DNA of 64,000 nucleotides. Origin: Planctomycetota bacterium (GTDB lineage: Bacteria; Planctomycetota; SZUA-567; H5-PLA8). This document shows, in pieces, positions 47,792 through 57,842 of this stretch. The translations under genes were made by a program, and so were the position numbers. Under the pieces are notes generated by a model. The model was not told where the DNA came from, did no database searches, and worked only from the letters and a program-made list of their open reading frames with translations. Positions within the stretch are counted from its first letter, which is position 1. Every line of letters begins with the position of its first letter. Location: the NCBI GenBank assembly GCA_038227875.1, contig JBBRPR010000032.1, forward strand, positions 31,428 to 95,427, in the 5' to 3' direction.

Positions 47792-48880
47792 CTAGTGCTT
47801 TGTGTTCACCGCCAGCTTCAGCGCGTCCACGGAGCTCTTCGCCACATCCGCGTAGCGCGTATCACCGTAGGCTTTCAAATAACTGTCGAGCAGCGGACCC
47901 ATGTTCTTGTCGAACAATGCCGGAGTGATGGTGCGCTTCATCACCGGCACCATGATCTGCTGGAAGCCCGCCTCGGCGGCCAGTTCGCGCTGTACTTTCG
48001 CATCGGTGGACAGCTTGCTTCCAACCGTGCGCAGCGCCGGCATCTCCGGCGATTTCGGGAACGCTTCCATGAAGGCCACCGCGTCGCGGTACGCCTGCAC
48101 CGGATCGGTTTTCGAGAGCGCGACGATCTGCCCCATGCGCTGCTTGCGCAGTTCGCCCACTTTGCTCCGGAGCAGCGCCGCAAAATCCTTCTGCTCGACG
48201 GTGGCGTCTGCCGGCACGACCTTGTTTAGTTCTGTCTCCATCAGTTCGAACTGCTGCAGGTCGAAAAGATGCGCGGCGTATTTCAGCGTCGCGGGAATCG
48301 CCGCTTCGTTCAGCAGGCCTTTGCTCTTGCCAAAGCTTTCTTCCAATTGCGTCTGGAACACCGTCTTGCCCGTGTTCGGACCGCTGGTCCAATGCCAGCC
48401 CATGCCCGCATCGTTGTAGGCGATCTTGCCCTCGCCATCGAGCAGGACGAGCCAGAACTTCGCGTTCTTCGGCACCCCGTACGCCGCGCTGGTGACGCCG
48501 CCGGCGTCGAGCATGTTGGCGAACGGCTTGAGCCCGAACGTGCCGACTTGAGCGGCCATCGATTTGGTGGTCGCCGTGCTGGATGTGCAAATACCGATGA
48601 AGGTGATGTTGCGGGTGTTCTTGTACGTCGAATAGTCGCTGACCAGACCGGCCAGCAGCATCGCCGGGCCGCCTCAACAGGCGACGTCGGCATTCCAGAA
48701 CGCCAGCACCACGGCATTGCCGCGGACGGCGTCGAGCGCCACGGGAGTGCCCGTCCAGCCGACAGCACGGAGCTGCGGACCTTCCTTGCCCAGATCCTTC
48801 TTCCACGTCTCTTCAGAGGCTGACGCCGCAACGCAGATAAAAAGCGCCAACGCCATTCCAATCCAGGCCTGCTTAGTCAT
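47792..48880 (-). CDS. Candidate selenoprotein: secreted redoxin/thioredoxin-like protein with in-frame UGA at codon 69 and helical C-terminal domain
   Basis: ORFs 48674-48880 and 47792-48661 share one frame, separated only by TGA plus 4 codons; ..RGNAVVLAFWNADVAC-U-GGP..ITFIGI..D.GG....AYGV....LLDGEGKIAY is redoxin-like. Confidence 0.75.
48638..48656 (-). promoter_or_regulatory. Putative bacterial SECIS hairpin
   Basis: GCUGGCC-GGUCU-GGUCAGC; loop begins 24 nt after the UGA. Confidence 0.65.
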
Positions 48881-48996
48881 GCTGATCTCCCATGGATAAC
48901 CATAATAAAGGTGGAACTGATATTAATGAAAGGACACCCGATTTTCAATTATTCTTACGGCTTGAATTCGATTATTTCAGCACTTCTCATGTTGTT

Positions 48997-49458
48997 TTAC
49001 TTCACCTTCGCGTTCACTTCGTCGCGCTGCAACGCGGCGTGGTAGCCGGCGCTGAGAATTTTGACCTTCGCCAGCAGCTCGGTTTTCTCGGGGAGCTTCA
49101 TCAGAAAATCCGTGGCGCCGAGCGTGAAGGCTTCGACGCGGAGCTTCGGGTCTTCCTTCGTCGTGAGAATGATGATGGGCACTTCTTTCAGCTTGCGGTT
49201 GGCGCGCATGAATTTCAGCAGCGTCATGCCGTCGATTTCGGGCATCACCAGGTCGAGCAGAATTACCGACGGCAGCGTCTGCATCGCCGTCGCGATCGCT
49301 TGCGTGGAGTCGACGCAATGATGGAACGCAATCTCCGTATCGCCCTCCAGCAGCTTGCGCACGGCCGCGCCGATGATCGCCTGATCATCGATCAGCAGCA
49401 CCGTCACTGGACGCGGTGTCCAGTGGCAAGGCTGATTGGCGGGTGCGGGCAGGGCCAT
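48997..49458 (-). CDS. WspR-like receiver protein lacking the GGDEF domain
   Basis: VLLIDDQAIIG, DLVMPEIDG, TKEDP, KLP..EL..., ends just after QRDE. Confidence 0.88.
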   Translation of the reverse strand: MALPAPANQPCHWTPRPVTVLLIDDQAIIGAAVRKLLEGDTEIAFHHCVDSTQAIATAMQTLPSVILLDLVMPEIDGMTLLKFMRANRKLKEVPIIILTTKEDPKLRVEAFTLGATDFLMKLPEKTELLAKVKILSAGYHAALQRDEVNAKVK

Positions 49459-49469
49459 GGAGATCCTTC

Positions 49470-50543
49470 CTACTTACCTGGCGTTTTTGGAAACATTCCC
49501 GACGGCAACGGCGGGAATTGTCCGGGCGGCAACGACCCCGTGCCCGGCACGGGCGCATGCCGCTTGAGAATCGCCGGCGCGATGTCGTTCAACGTGAGAA
49601 CCTGCGACGCCGCACCCAGCTCCGCGGCGGCCTTGGGCATGCCGTAGACGACGCAGGATTCCTTATCTTGAGCCAGCGTGCGCCAGCCGGCGGTTTTCAG
49701 CGCGAGCAATCCTTCCGCGCCGTCGCGGCCCATCCCCGTGAGCAGCACCGCGGTGCCGCGTTCCGGCCAGTACTTCACCAGGCTGCGGAAGAAAACGTCG
49801 ACCGACGGACGGTACGGATAGTCGAGCGGCTCGCGCGTGTAATGGAGCAGCAGCGCGCTATTGATCACGAGATGATCGTTGCTCGCCGCGACGTAGACGC
49901 GGCCGGCTTCCGGCGCGTCACCTTCTTTGGCGGCGGAGACAGGCAAGCCTGTCTTTTCACCCAGCCAGGTCGCGAGTCCCGGCGCGAACTCCACGGCGAC
50001 GTGTTGAATCACCACGATGGCGCACTTGAGGTCCCTGCCCAACCCGGAGAGCACCGTGGCCACGGCGTTGGGTCCGCCGGTCGAGGCGCCGATCGTCAGC
50101 AGCGGCGGGCGGGTATCGCGCGTCAGGATGCGCGTCGCCGGCGAACGGGACGGTGCGGCACTCACGGGATTGGCCAGCGACTTCACCAGGTTGATGCGCC
50201 GCACCAGGCTCGCTTCCTGTCCCGGCGCCGGCGTGTTGACCGCGTCCAGCGCGCCGTGGCTCATCGCGTCGAAGACTTCGCGGTAATGCGCGTCGACGCT
50301 GGAGGTCACCAGCAGGATCGCGCACGGCGAGGCCTTCATGATCTGGCGCGTGGCTTCGACGCCGTTCATCACCGGCATCATCAGGTCCATCAGGATCAAC
50401 GACGGCGTATCGGCGGCGCATTTCTGCACGGCCTCCTCGCCATCCTGCGCCACCCAGGCCACGTCGCAGCCTTCCACGCCCTTCACGGCACGGCGCAGCG
50501 TCTCCACGGCCAGCGCGGAATCGTTTACGATGGCGATGCGCAT
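49470..50543 (-). CDS. cheB: Chemotaxis methylesterase CheB (WspF-like)
   Basis: MRIAIVNDS receiver; IGASTGGP, IQHV, YRPSVD, LLTGMGRDGA, VVYGMP. Confidence 0.95.
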   Translation of the reverse strand: MRIAIVNDSALAVETLRRAVKGVEGCDVAWVAQDGEEAVQKCAADTPSLILMDLMMPVMNGVEATRQIMKASPCAILLVTSSVDAHYREVFDAMSHGALDAVNTPAPGQEASLVRRINLVKSLANPVSAAPSRSPATRILTRDTRPPLLTIGASTGGPNAVATVLSGLGRDLKCAIVVIQHVAVEFAPGLATWLGEKTGLPVSAAKEGDAPEAGRVYVAASNDHLVINSALLLHYTREPLDYPYRPSVDVFFRSLVKYWPERGTAVLLTGMGRDGAEGLLALKTAGWRTLAQDKESCVVYGMPKAAAELGAASQVLTLNDIAPAILKRHAPVPGTGSLPPGQFPPLPSGMFPKTPGK

Positions 50544-53422
50544 CGGGCCTCACCAATCAAGTCCACGACCGCCCGGATCAGCGTATCGTCGTTGAAACTG
50601 CTCTTGGCCAGGTAGTAATTGGCACCGGCTTCCAAACCGCGCAGCCGGTCCTCTTCGCGATCCTTGTACGAAACCATCATCACCGGGATGTTCTTGAGGC
50701 GCTCGTCGTTCTTGATCAGCCGGACCAGTTCCAGCCCATTCATGCGCGGCATATCCACGTCGCTGATGATCAGATCGAAGTTCGACGTTCGCGCGGCGTT
50801 CCAGCCGTCGACGCCGTCAACGGCGGTCTTGACGTCGTAGCCGTGGCGTTCGAGCAGCTTGCGTTCCGTCTCGCGCACTGTGAAAGAATCGTCGACGACC
50901 AGCACGCGCCGCACTTTCTGCGCGACAATCGTGGCGCCTGGCGCGCCGACCTTGCGCAGCGTGTTGCCGCTGAGCAGATTGTCGGTGCAGCGGACGAGGT
51001 CTTCCACATCGACGACGAGCACCGGCGCGCCGTCTTCCAGAATCGCGGCGGCGGCGATCGCGGGAACTTTGCCCAGCCGTGGATCGAGCGGCTTGACGAC
51101 GACTTCGCGTTCTCCGGCGAAGCGCTCGACGGCCAGCGCGTAGCGGTTGGACCGGTCGCTGACGACGATCAGAGAGAGCGTCTTGGCGACCGCGCTTGAA
51201 TGCGGAAGTTCCAGCACCTGCGCGGCGGCAACGACGCCGACGTTCTCTCCTTCAATGGTCACGAACTGGCGGTTCTCCAGCGTCTGCACCGAGTCCGCCG
51301 GGACGCTGACCAGCCGTTCGATGCGCGAGATGGGGAACGCGAACGTTTCGCTCCCGACTTCCGCCAGCAGCGCGTGAATGACCGAGAGCGTGATCGGCAG
51401 CTGGAGCTGAAACATCGTCCCCTGCCCGAATTTGGAGATGATGCGCACGGTCCCCGACGATTCCTGGATCATCGTCTGCACTACGTCGAGCCCCACGCCG
51501 CGGCCAGAGATCTCCGTCACCTGCTTGGCAGTGGAGAAGCCCGGCAGGAAGAGAAATTCCAGCAACTCGGGTTCGGTCATCTTCGCGACCATTTCCGGTG
51601 CGGCGAGTTTCCGCTCGAGAATCTTCTCGCGCAGCCGGTCAAGATTCACGCCGCGGCCGTCGTCGCTGACGCTGACGAAGAGCATCCCGGCGCGGTGGCG
51701 CGCTTCCAGCGTCAACACGCCGGTTGGATTCTTGCCGGCCGACTGCCGTTCGTCGGGCGATTCCAGGCCGTGATCAACAGCATTACGGATGAGGTGATTG
51801 AGCGGCGCTTCGAGTTTCTCGAGAATGTCGCGGTCCACTTCCGTCGCGCGGCCGAGCACATCGAAGCGGATCGACTTGCCCATCTGGCGGGCCAGGTCAC
51901 GGACCAGGCGCGGGAAGCCCTGGATGCCGTCGTCGAACGGACGCATGCGGCTGGTCACGGCTTCCTGGTGCAGGCGCATCGCCAGCGTGCTGGTGCGGTG
52001 TGAGAAAAGTTCAAATTCGGCCAGGCGTTCGGCGGCGGAGCGGGAGCACTCTTCGCTGCGCTGCTCCAGATCGCCGATCATCGGTTCAAGCTGCTCGCGC
52101 ACCGCGCCGGCTTCCATCGCGTTGCGCAGACGGCGGATCGCAGCGCTGAGCTTGTTCTGAGCCCGGCGCACTTGCAGCAGCGAATCGGAGAAGCGCGATC
52201 GCCAGTGGGTTTCGACCAGCGATTCGCCGGCAAGGCCCAGCAGCCGGTTGAGGTTGTCGGCATTGACGCGGACCACCCGCGCGCCAGTCGTATTTCGAGT
52301 CGTCGTGGCCGCCGGCAGCACAGAAGCACCGGTCACCGGCCGCGGTGCAAGCGCCAGCGAACCGCCGACCATCGACGGCATCCCCAGCGCGTCCGGTTGC
52401 GTGTGCGTCTGCGGCGGCGGAGGCACTGAAACCGGAGACGGCGGACGCGGCGGTGGCGCCGTGACCGTCGGCGCAGCGCTTTGCGCAGGCGGCGCGGCAG
52501 GTGTGGGTACTGGATTCTGGCCGCACGCAGCAATCTGTCCAGCCAGACCGCTAATCATCGATTTGTGTACTTTCAGCCACGTCAGGATTTCGGGTTCTGA
52601 CGTCTGTGCCAGCTGCACAAACAAGTCCACGCCTTGCAGCAGCAGGTCGATGTGTTCGGGCGTCAGCCGCGTGCGCCCTTCCTGGGCGGCGACGAAACAG
52701 TCTTCCAATTCGTGCGCCAGTTTCACGCCGGCTTCGAGTCCAACGATTCGCGATGCACCCTTGATCGAATGCGCCGCGCGCATCAGCGACTGCAGGCTCT
52801 CCGTGTTGGTCGGATTGCTCTCCAGCGCGATCAGGCCGTCGTTGAGCGTCGCGGCGTGTGCTTCAACTTCCACGCGGAACATGTCGAACATCGACATGTC
52901 GAGATCGATGCTGCTGAGTTCCTGCGCGCTCACTTCCGCGGTCGCGGGTGGCGGTGGCTGCGGTGCCGGTGTTGGCGGGGAAGACTGAGCGGATCCGGCA
53001 GAGGCGGCGGCCGGACCTTTCGCCAGACCGCCGATCTGCTTGGCCAGCGCCTCGATCTCAGGTATTTGCGCGTCGAGCCACGCTTCGAGTTCCGTGTCGG
53101 GACTTTCCGCCAGCCGCGAAAAGACGTCCACGCCCTGCAGCAGAAAATCCATGTGCCAGGGTTCGAGCTTCAACCGCCCTTCCTGCGCGGCGACGAAGCA
53201 GTCTTCCATTTCATGCGCCAACTGCACGCCAATTTCCAGACCGACGATGCGCGACGCGCCCTTGATCGAATGGGCCGCGCGCATCAGGTTCTGCAGCTCT
53301 TCTTTCGAGGTCGGATTGCCTTCCAGCGCCACGATGCCCGCATTGAGCGTCTCGGTCCGGTCGTGAACTTCGACGCGGAACATCTCCAGCATGGAAAGAT
53401 CGACGGGCGCGCGGTCACTCAT
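50525..53422 (-). CDS. cheA: Hybrid histidine kinase CheA (WspE-like) with two Hpt domains and C-terminal receiver
   Basis: Two MRAAHSIKGASRIVG; HLIRNAVDHG, DDGRG, GFST..SGRGVGLDVV; CheW domain; VDDS..DVDMPRMNG. Confidence 0.95.
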   Translation of the reverse strand: MSDRAPVDLSMLEMFRVEVHDRTETLNAGIVALEGNPTSKEELQNLMRAAHSIKGASRIVGLEIGVQLAHEMEDCFVAAQEGRLKLEPWHMDFLLQGVDVFSRLAESPDTELEAWLDAQIPEIEALAKQIGGLAKGPAAASAGSAQSSPPTPAPQPPPPATAEVSAQELSSIDLDMSMFDMFRVEVEAHAATLNDGLIALESNPTNTESLQSLMRAAHSIKGASRIVGLEAGVKLAHELEDCFVAAQEGRTRLTPEHIDLLLQGVDLFVQLAQTSEPEILTWLKVHKSMISGLAGQIAACGQNPVPTPAAPPAQSAAPTVTAPPPRPPSPVSVPPPPQTHTQPDALGMPSMVGGSLALAPRPVTGASVLPAATTTRNTTGARVVRVNADNLNRLLGLAGESLVETHWRSRFSDSLLQVRRAQNKLSAAIRRLRNAMEAGAVREQLEPMIGDLEQRSEECSRSAAERLAEFELFSHRTSTLAMRLHQEAVTSRMRPFDDGIQGFPRLVRDLARQMGKSIRFDVLGRATEVDRDILEKLEAPLNHLIRNAVDHGLESPDERQSAGKNPTGVLTLEARHRAGMLFVSVSDDGRGVNLDRLREKILERKLAAPEMVAKMTEPELLEFLFLPGFSTAKQVTEISGRGVGLDVVQTMIQESSGTVRIISKFGQGTMFQLQLPITLSVIHALLAEVGSETFAFPISRIERLVSVPADSVQTLENRQFVTIEGENVGVVAAAQVLELPHSSAVAKTLSLIVVSDRSNRYALAVERFAGEREVVVKPLDPRLGKVPAIAAAAILEDGAPVLVVDVEDLVRCTDNLLSGNTLRKVGAPGATIVAQKVRRVLVVDDSFTVRETERKLLERHGYDVKTAVDGVDGWNAARTSNFDLIISDVDMPRMNGLELVRLIKNDERLKNIPVMMVSYKDREEDRLRGLEAGANYYLAKSSFNDDTLIRAVVDLIGEARCASPS

Positions 53423-54192
53423 TGCACGCTCCTCACCAGCTGATAACAGACCAGCTCGTCATCGAGGATGCCGGCATGATGGCCATCAAATTGGAAGGAA
53501 CCCTTGATGTGCGACGCCGACGCTTTTGAAAGCGTGACCGGCGTCTTTGCGATGTCGCCGGGTTTAACCCGCGCCAGGCCGTACACTTCGTCCACCGGAA
53601 ACGCCCAGCGCACGCCGTCCTTGGCGATGACCATGATGCGCGGCTTGTCCGTCAAGCCGTGCGGCTCGTCGGGAATTTTCAGGAGGTACTGCAGCGAAAC
53701 GCACAGCTGCAGTTCACCGCGGATGTTCACCAGCCCCTGGCAGACGGGATCCTTGCGGAACGGAATCGGCCGGAAGCGCCGCATCTCCGCGACTTCCACA
53801 AAGAGCGTGGTGGGCAGCGCCAGCCATTCCGACTTCAAGCGGAACAAGAACAGCGCCAGCGTTCCACGTTCGATCACATCTTTGGGCTTGGCCAGCAGCG
53901 AAGTCCATTCGTCGCGGTAATCTTCTGGCAAGCGGCGTTCAAGCAGGCTGCGCCCCGCTTCGACGTAGACGTGGCAGTTGCGGCAGTGAACATGCTTGAC
54001 CAGTTCCGGGCACGAACCGTCGCCGCGTACGCCGATGGTCTTCCAACAATCGGCGACCGTCGGCTGCAAGGGAATGAAACTGGTCAGTCCGCTGCTGACC
54101 CGCGGCTTCTGCGACGCCGAGGACGGCTTGCGAGGCCCGCGGGAATCGCCAGGGGGCAGAGAAGGCTGCGTGGGCGGCGGCGTGTCGCTCAT
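53419..54192 (-). CDS. cheW: CheW-like adaptor (WspD-like)
   Basis: CWKTIGVRGDGSCPEL..HCRNC signature; GLVNIRGEL; start overlaps cheR stop. Confidence 0.92.
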   Translation of the reverse strand: MSDTPPPTQPSLPPGDSRGPRKPSSASQKPRVSSGLTSFIPLQPTVADCWKTIGVRGDGSCPELVKHVHCRNCHVYVEAGRSLLERRLPEDYRDEWTSLLAKPKDVIERGTLALFLFRLKSEWLALPTTLFVEVAEMRRFRPIPFRKDPVCQGLVNIRGELQLCVSLQYLLKIPDEPHGLTDKPRIMVIAKDGVRWAFPVDEVYGLARVKPGDIAKTPVTLSKASASHIKGSFQFDGHHAGILDDELVCYQLVRSVQ

Positions 54193-55496
54193 ACAGCCCT
54201 CCGCTTCTGTTCCATGCGCAGCGCGCGGGAGCGCATCGCCGCGGCGTCGCGGCGGCGGCCCTGGCTCTCGTAAATCAGCGCCAGGTGCGTCATTGACTCC
54301 ACGCATTCCGGCTGGAGATACAGCGACTTGGTCAGCGCCGCCTCGGCCGGCGCTTCCTCGCCGCGCGAATGGAAGATCATCCCCAGCAGCCGCCATGCTT
54401 CCGCGCTGGCCGGGTCGCGCTTGAGCGCTTCCTGCAAACGCGCCTCGGCTTCTTTGAGCTTCCCCGCGTCCGCCAGCGCCGCCGACTCGCTTACCAGCTC
54501 GCGCACGGCCTCGGCCTTGCGTGAAGTCGCCGGCGCGGCTGTCGCCACTGGACCCGGCGCGACGGCGGTGCGCAGACCCGATTTCGCCGCCGTACGCGCG
54601 CGACTCTGACTGTGCGGCCGCGCGGCCGGAACAACGGGCGCCGCGGCTTTCGCCAGCGCGGATGCGCGGCCGTAGGCAAACGAGCGCGCGTGCGCCAGCG
54701 GCGCAAAGCGGGGACTCAAGTGCTGCGTCGGATCGGCGTGGCCCAGGTAGAGCACGCCGGTCTCCGTGAGCAATCGGTCGATCATCGCCGCGACGACCTT
54801 GCGCGCGGGCGCGTCGAAATAAATCAGCGCGTTGCGGCAGAAGATCGCGTCGTACGGATCCTGCGCGGCCAGGAATTTCGGATCGACGATGTTGCCGTAA
54901 TGAAAATGGACCGCCGAGAGCACATTCGGGCTGAGCGCAAAGTCGCCGCCGTGCGGTTCGAAAAATCCCTTCCGCACCGGCGCTTCGCCACGGAACGCGC
55001 GTGGGCGGAAAATTCCCGCGCGCGCTTTCTTCAGCGCCGCGTGGCTGATGTCGACGGCATCGATGTGAAAGTCGCGCGCCGAATATCCCGCGTCGAGCAG
55101 CACCATCGCAATCGAGTACGGTTCCTCGCCGGTCGCGCAGGGCGCGCTTAAAATCCGCAGTCGCCGCCGGGTCCACTGCTTTCGGTTTTCCCCGTCCAGC
55201 GCCCAGCGCCGAAAATGCTTGAACGGCTCGACGTCGCGGAAAAACCAGGTCTCGGGCACGACAATCTCGTCGACGAACGCATCCCACTCGCGGACGGAAT
55301 TTTTCAGCCGGTCGACGTACTCCTCCGGGTCCACGTGCAGCGCCAGCTGCCGCCGTTCCAGCGCTCCGGTCACCGCCGACGAATTCAGCGCCTCGGCCAT
55401 CAGCCCGGTGTGGCGGCGGAGCAACTCCACGACCTCCGGCAAGCGCGCCGCGAAGCCTGCCGCGCCGGGCTTGAGGCGTTCGGCTTCAGACTTCAT
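54189..55496 (-). CDS. cheR: CheR methyltransferase with C-terminal TPR (WspC-like)
   Basis: VPETWFFRD, SAPCATGEEPYSIAM, IFCRNALIYFD; TPR ALTKSLYLQP. Confidence 0.95.
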   Translation of the reverse strand: MKSEAERLKPGAAGFAARLPEVVELLRRHTGLMAEALNSSAVTGALERRQLALHVDPEEYVDRLKNSVREWDAFVDEIVVPETWFFRDVEPFKHFRRWALDGENRKQWTRRRLRILSAPCATGEEPYSIAMVLLDAGYSARDFHIDAVDISHAALKKARAGIFRPRAFRGEAPVRKGFFEPHGGDFALSPNVLSAVHFHYGNIVDPKFLAAQDPYDAIFCRNALIYFDAPARKVVAAMIDRLLTETGVLYLGHADPTQHLSPRFAPLAHARSFAYGRASALAKAAAPVVPAARPHSQSRARTAAKSGLRTAVAPGPVATAAPATSRKAEAVRELVSESAALADAGKLKEAEARLQEALKRDPASAEAWRLLGMIFHSRGEEAPAEAALTKSLYLQPECVESMTHLALIYESQGRRRDAAAMRSRALRMEQKRRAV

Positions 55497-55962
55497 GCGG
55501 GCGCTCCGGACTGGAGAAGAGCATCTCCTGCAATTCCGGCGGCAGAATTTCCTCGATCACCAGCATCTGCGTGAAGCCCTTCTGCGCCGCCGCAATCTCG
55601 CCCAAATATGGCGCGCCCGGCGCGGAGACCACCGGCGCTTTCAGCTGCGTGGGATCGATCGAACGCATTTCCGTCACCGATTCGGCCATCAGCCCCAGCA
55701 GCCGCGACGCGCTGCCCGCCAGCTTGGGCGTGTAATGGACCAGCACGATACGGGTGCTCAGCCGCATGCGGCCAGGCGTTCCGTTGAGCAACCGGCAGAG
55801 ATCCACGACCGGCACGGCCGCTTCTCGAAAATTAAAGACGCCCGCGACGTACTCCGGCGCGCGCGGCACCGGCTGCAAGCTCACCGCCGGCACGATCTCC
55901 GCGATCTTACGGGCGTCCAGCGCGTAGCGATTGGGACCGGCACTGAAGATCAACGTCAGCAT
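55486..55962 (-). CDS. cheW: CheW adaptor (WspB-like)
   Basis: RYALDARKIAEIVP, APEYVAGVFNFR...VPVVDL, STRIVLV, APYLG. Confidence 0.92.
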   Translation of the reverse strand: MLTLIFSAGPNRYALDARKIAEIVPAVSLQPVPRAPEYVAGVFNFREAAVPVVDLCRLLNGTPGRMRLSTRIVLVHYTPKLAGSASRLLGLMAESVTEMRSIDPTQLKAPVVSAPGAPYLGEIAAAQKGFTQMLVIEEILPPELQEMLFSSPERPHEV

Positions 55963-55997
55963 CGCTAACTCCCAGATTTGTTCATAACGCAGCGTAG

Positions 55998-57842
55998 TTA
56001 CGCCGCGACTTTGAAGCGCGCGATTTCGTCGTTCAGGCCCTTCACCGCGGAGTGCAGATTCTCCGACGCCCGCGTGAATTCCTCCAGCGTGGCGGCCGTG
56101 CGGCGCGCGCCGTCGCTGAGCTGAATCATCGCATCGCTGATCTGCTCGGCGCCCTGCGATTGCGAGTGCATGCCTTCATTCACCGACTTGAAGCGCGGCA
56201 GCAGCGCCTGCACCTGCTCGATGATCTGCGACTGCTGCGTGCCGATGCGCGCCACTTCCTCGACGCCGCGTTTGACGTCCTGCGAGAAGCGGTCCATCTC
56301 CATCACGCCGGCCGAGACGGCCGATTGCATCTCCTTCACCATCTGCTCGATGTCCAGGGTCGCCACGGCCGTCTGGTCGGCCAGGCGCCGGATTTCACGC
56401 GCGACGACGGCGAAGCCGAGGCCGTACTCGCCGGCTTTTTCGGCTTCGATCGCGGCGTTGAGCGACAACAGATTGGTCTGGTCGGCGACCTTGGTGATCG
56501 TGGTCACGACCACATTGATTTCGTCGGCCTTCTCGCGGATCGCCGAGAGCTTCGAGGAAATCGAGACCGTGGCCTTGCCCAGCTGGCCGATGGTCGATTC
56601 CATCTCCTGCAAACTTCCGCGGCCCATGTCGGCCAGTCCTGCCGTGCCGCTGGCCACGGTCGTAACGTCGTTCATCGTCTGCAGGAGTTCCTTCGACGTG
56701 GCGGAAATCTCCTTCACCGCCGCGGCGATCTGCGTGGTCGACGAACCGAAATCGTTGACGGTAACCTGCTGCTGCTTGACGTTCGCCGCGATGCCCGTGG
56801 CCGTCGAGACGAGCTGAATACTGGAATGCTTGACCCGCGTGACCAATGAATTGAGGCTGCTGGTCATCGACTGGATCGCCTGGAGCAGCTGTCCGGTCTC
56901 GTCGGTGCTGGTGGCCGTGATGCTTTCGGTCAGGTCGCCGTCGGCCACGCTGCGCGCGGCGCGCACCGCGGTGTGAATCGGCAGGATGATCGTGTTGGCA
57001 ATGAACGCCAGCAGCAGCACCGTGCCCAGGAAGCCGCCCAGCGCCAGCAGCGTCACCGTGCGGATCGCCCGCGACGTGCCGGTGCTTTTGTTCTCTTCCA
57101 GCTTGTTTTTGAAGTCCACAAACCCCGCGGCCGTGTTGTTCTCCAGCGTGGTGAAATCCTGTTCGATCTTCGCCTTCTGCGCGAGGATATCGGCCTTGGA
57201 AATCAGCAGCACCGTCTTGCCCACATTGCCCAGCGTCGTCGAAAATTCGAAGATGTCGTGCGCGCTGTCGTTGGCCAGATCGTAGGGGTCGGCCTTGATG
57301 CGGTCGTCCTGCCTGGTGATACGGCTCCTGAGCGCCTCCACCGCGGCGGTGGGATCTTTGCGCACGGACTCGGGCAGGTTTTTAACGATGGGGCTCGTGT
57401 CGTTGACTTCGCCGGTGAGAATGCTGCCCTTATCGCTGATCGCGTAGCTCAACACAATCTCCGGCTCGCTGGTCATCAGCCGGCACTGTTCGTGAAGCTG
57501 CTCGGTGTCGAAGGAGGCGAAAGGCGTGGCGGCCATCTTGGCGAACAGGCGGGAGATATTCTCGCCCTTGGTCATCAGCGAACGCGTGGCGGCGACGACT
57601 TCGGACTTCTTCACGTTATCCAGCGACTGCTGCTGCTGCCGCTGGATGTTGGCCGAGAGATCCTGCGTGGTCTGCGAGAGGTCCGAGAGCACCAGCGATC
57701 CGATGCCCAGGAGTGTGATAGTGATACCGGCCGATAATAAAAGGGTCAGCACCGCCATCGTGCCGACCAGTCTCCAACGCAGACCTAATGAACTCCACGA
57801 ATGCCACAGCCCCCGCGCTTCGCGGGCTTGATTATTTTGCAT
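55998..57842 (-). CDS. Methyl-accepting chemotaxis protein (WspA-like)
   Basis: Two TM helices, HAMP, VADQTNLLSLNAAIEAEKAGEYGLGFAVVAREIRRLADQT. Confidence 0.95.
   Translation of the reverse strand: MQNNQAREARGLWHSWSSLGLRWRLVGTMAVLTLLLSAGITITLLGIGSLVLSDLSQTTQDLSANIQRQQQQSLDNVKKSEVVAATRSLMTKGENISRLFAKMAATPFASFDTEQLHEQCRLMTSEPEIVLSYAISDKGSILTGEVNDTSPIVKNLPESVRKDPTAAVEALRSRITRQDDRIKADPYDLANDSAHDIFEFSTTLGNVGKTVLLISKADILAQKAKIEQDFTTLENNTAAGFVDFKNKLEENKSTGTSRAIRTVTLLALGGFLGTVLLLAFIANTIILPIHTAVRAARSVADGDLTESITATSTDETGQLLQAIQSMTSSLNSLVTRVKHSSIQLVSTATGIAANVKQQQVTVNDFGSSTTQIAAAVKEISATSKELLQTMNDVTTVASGTAGLADMGRGSLQEMESTIGQLGKATVSISSKLSAIREKADEINVVVTTITKVADQTNLLSLNAAIEAEKAGEYGLGFAVVAREIRRLADQTAVATLDIEQMVKEMQSAVSAGVMEMDRFSQDVKRGVEEVARIGTQQSQIIEQVQALLPRFKSVNEGMHSQSQGAEQISDAMIQLSDGARRTAATLEEFTRASENLHSAVKGLNDEIARFKVAA

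Noticed and set aside
48674..48676. Genome-wide UGA reassignment (code 4/25)
   Set aside because: Conserved genes here (pth, prs fusion, htrA, ECF sigma) end at TGA at their expected C-termini.
54193..55287. N-terminal extension of the WspD-like ORF
   Set aside because: Out-of-frame overlap with cheR; the true start is the coupled ATG at 54192.
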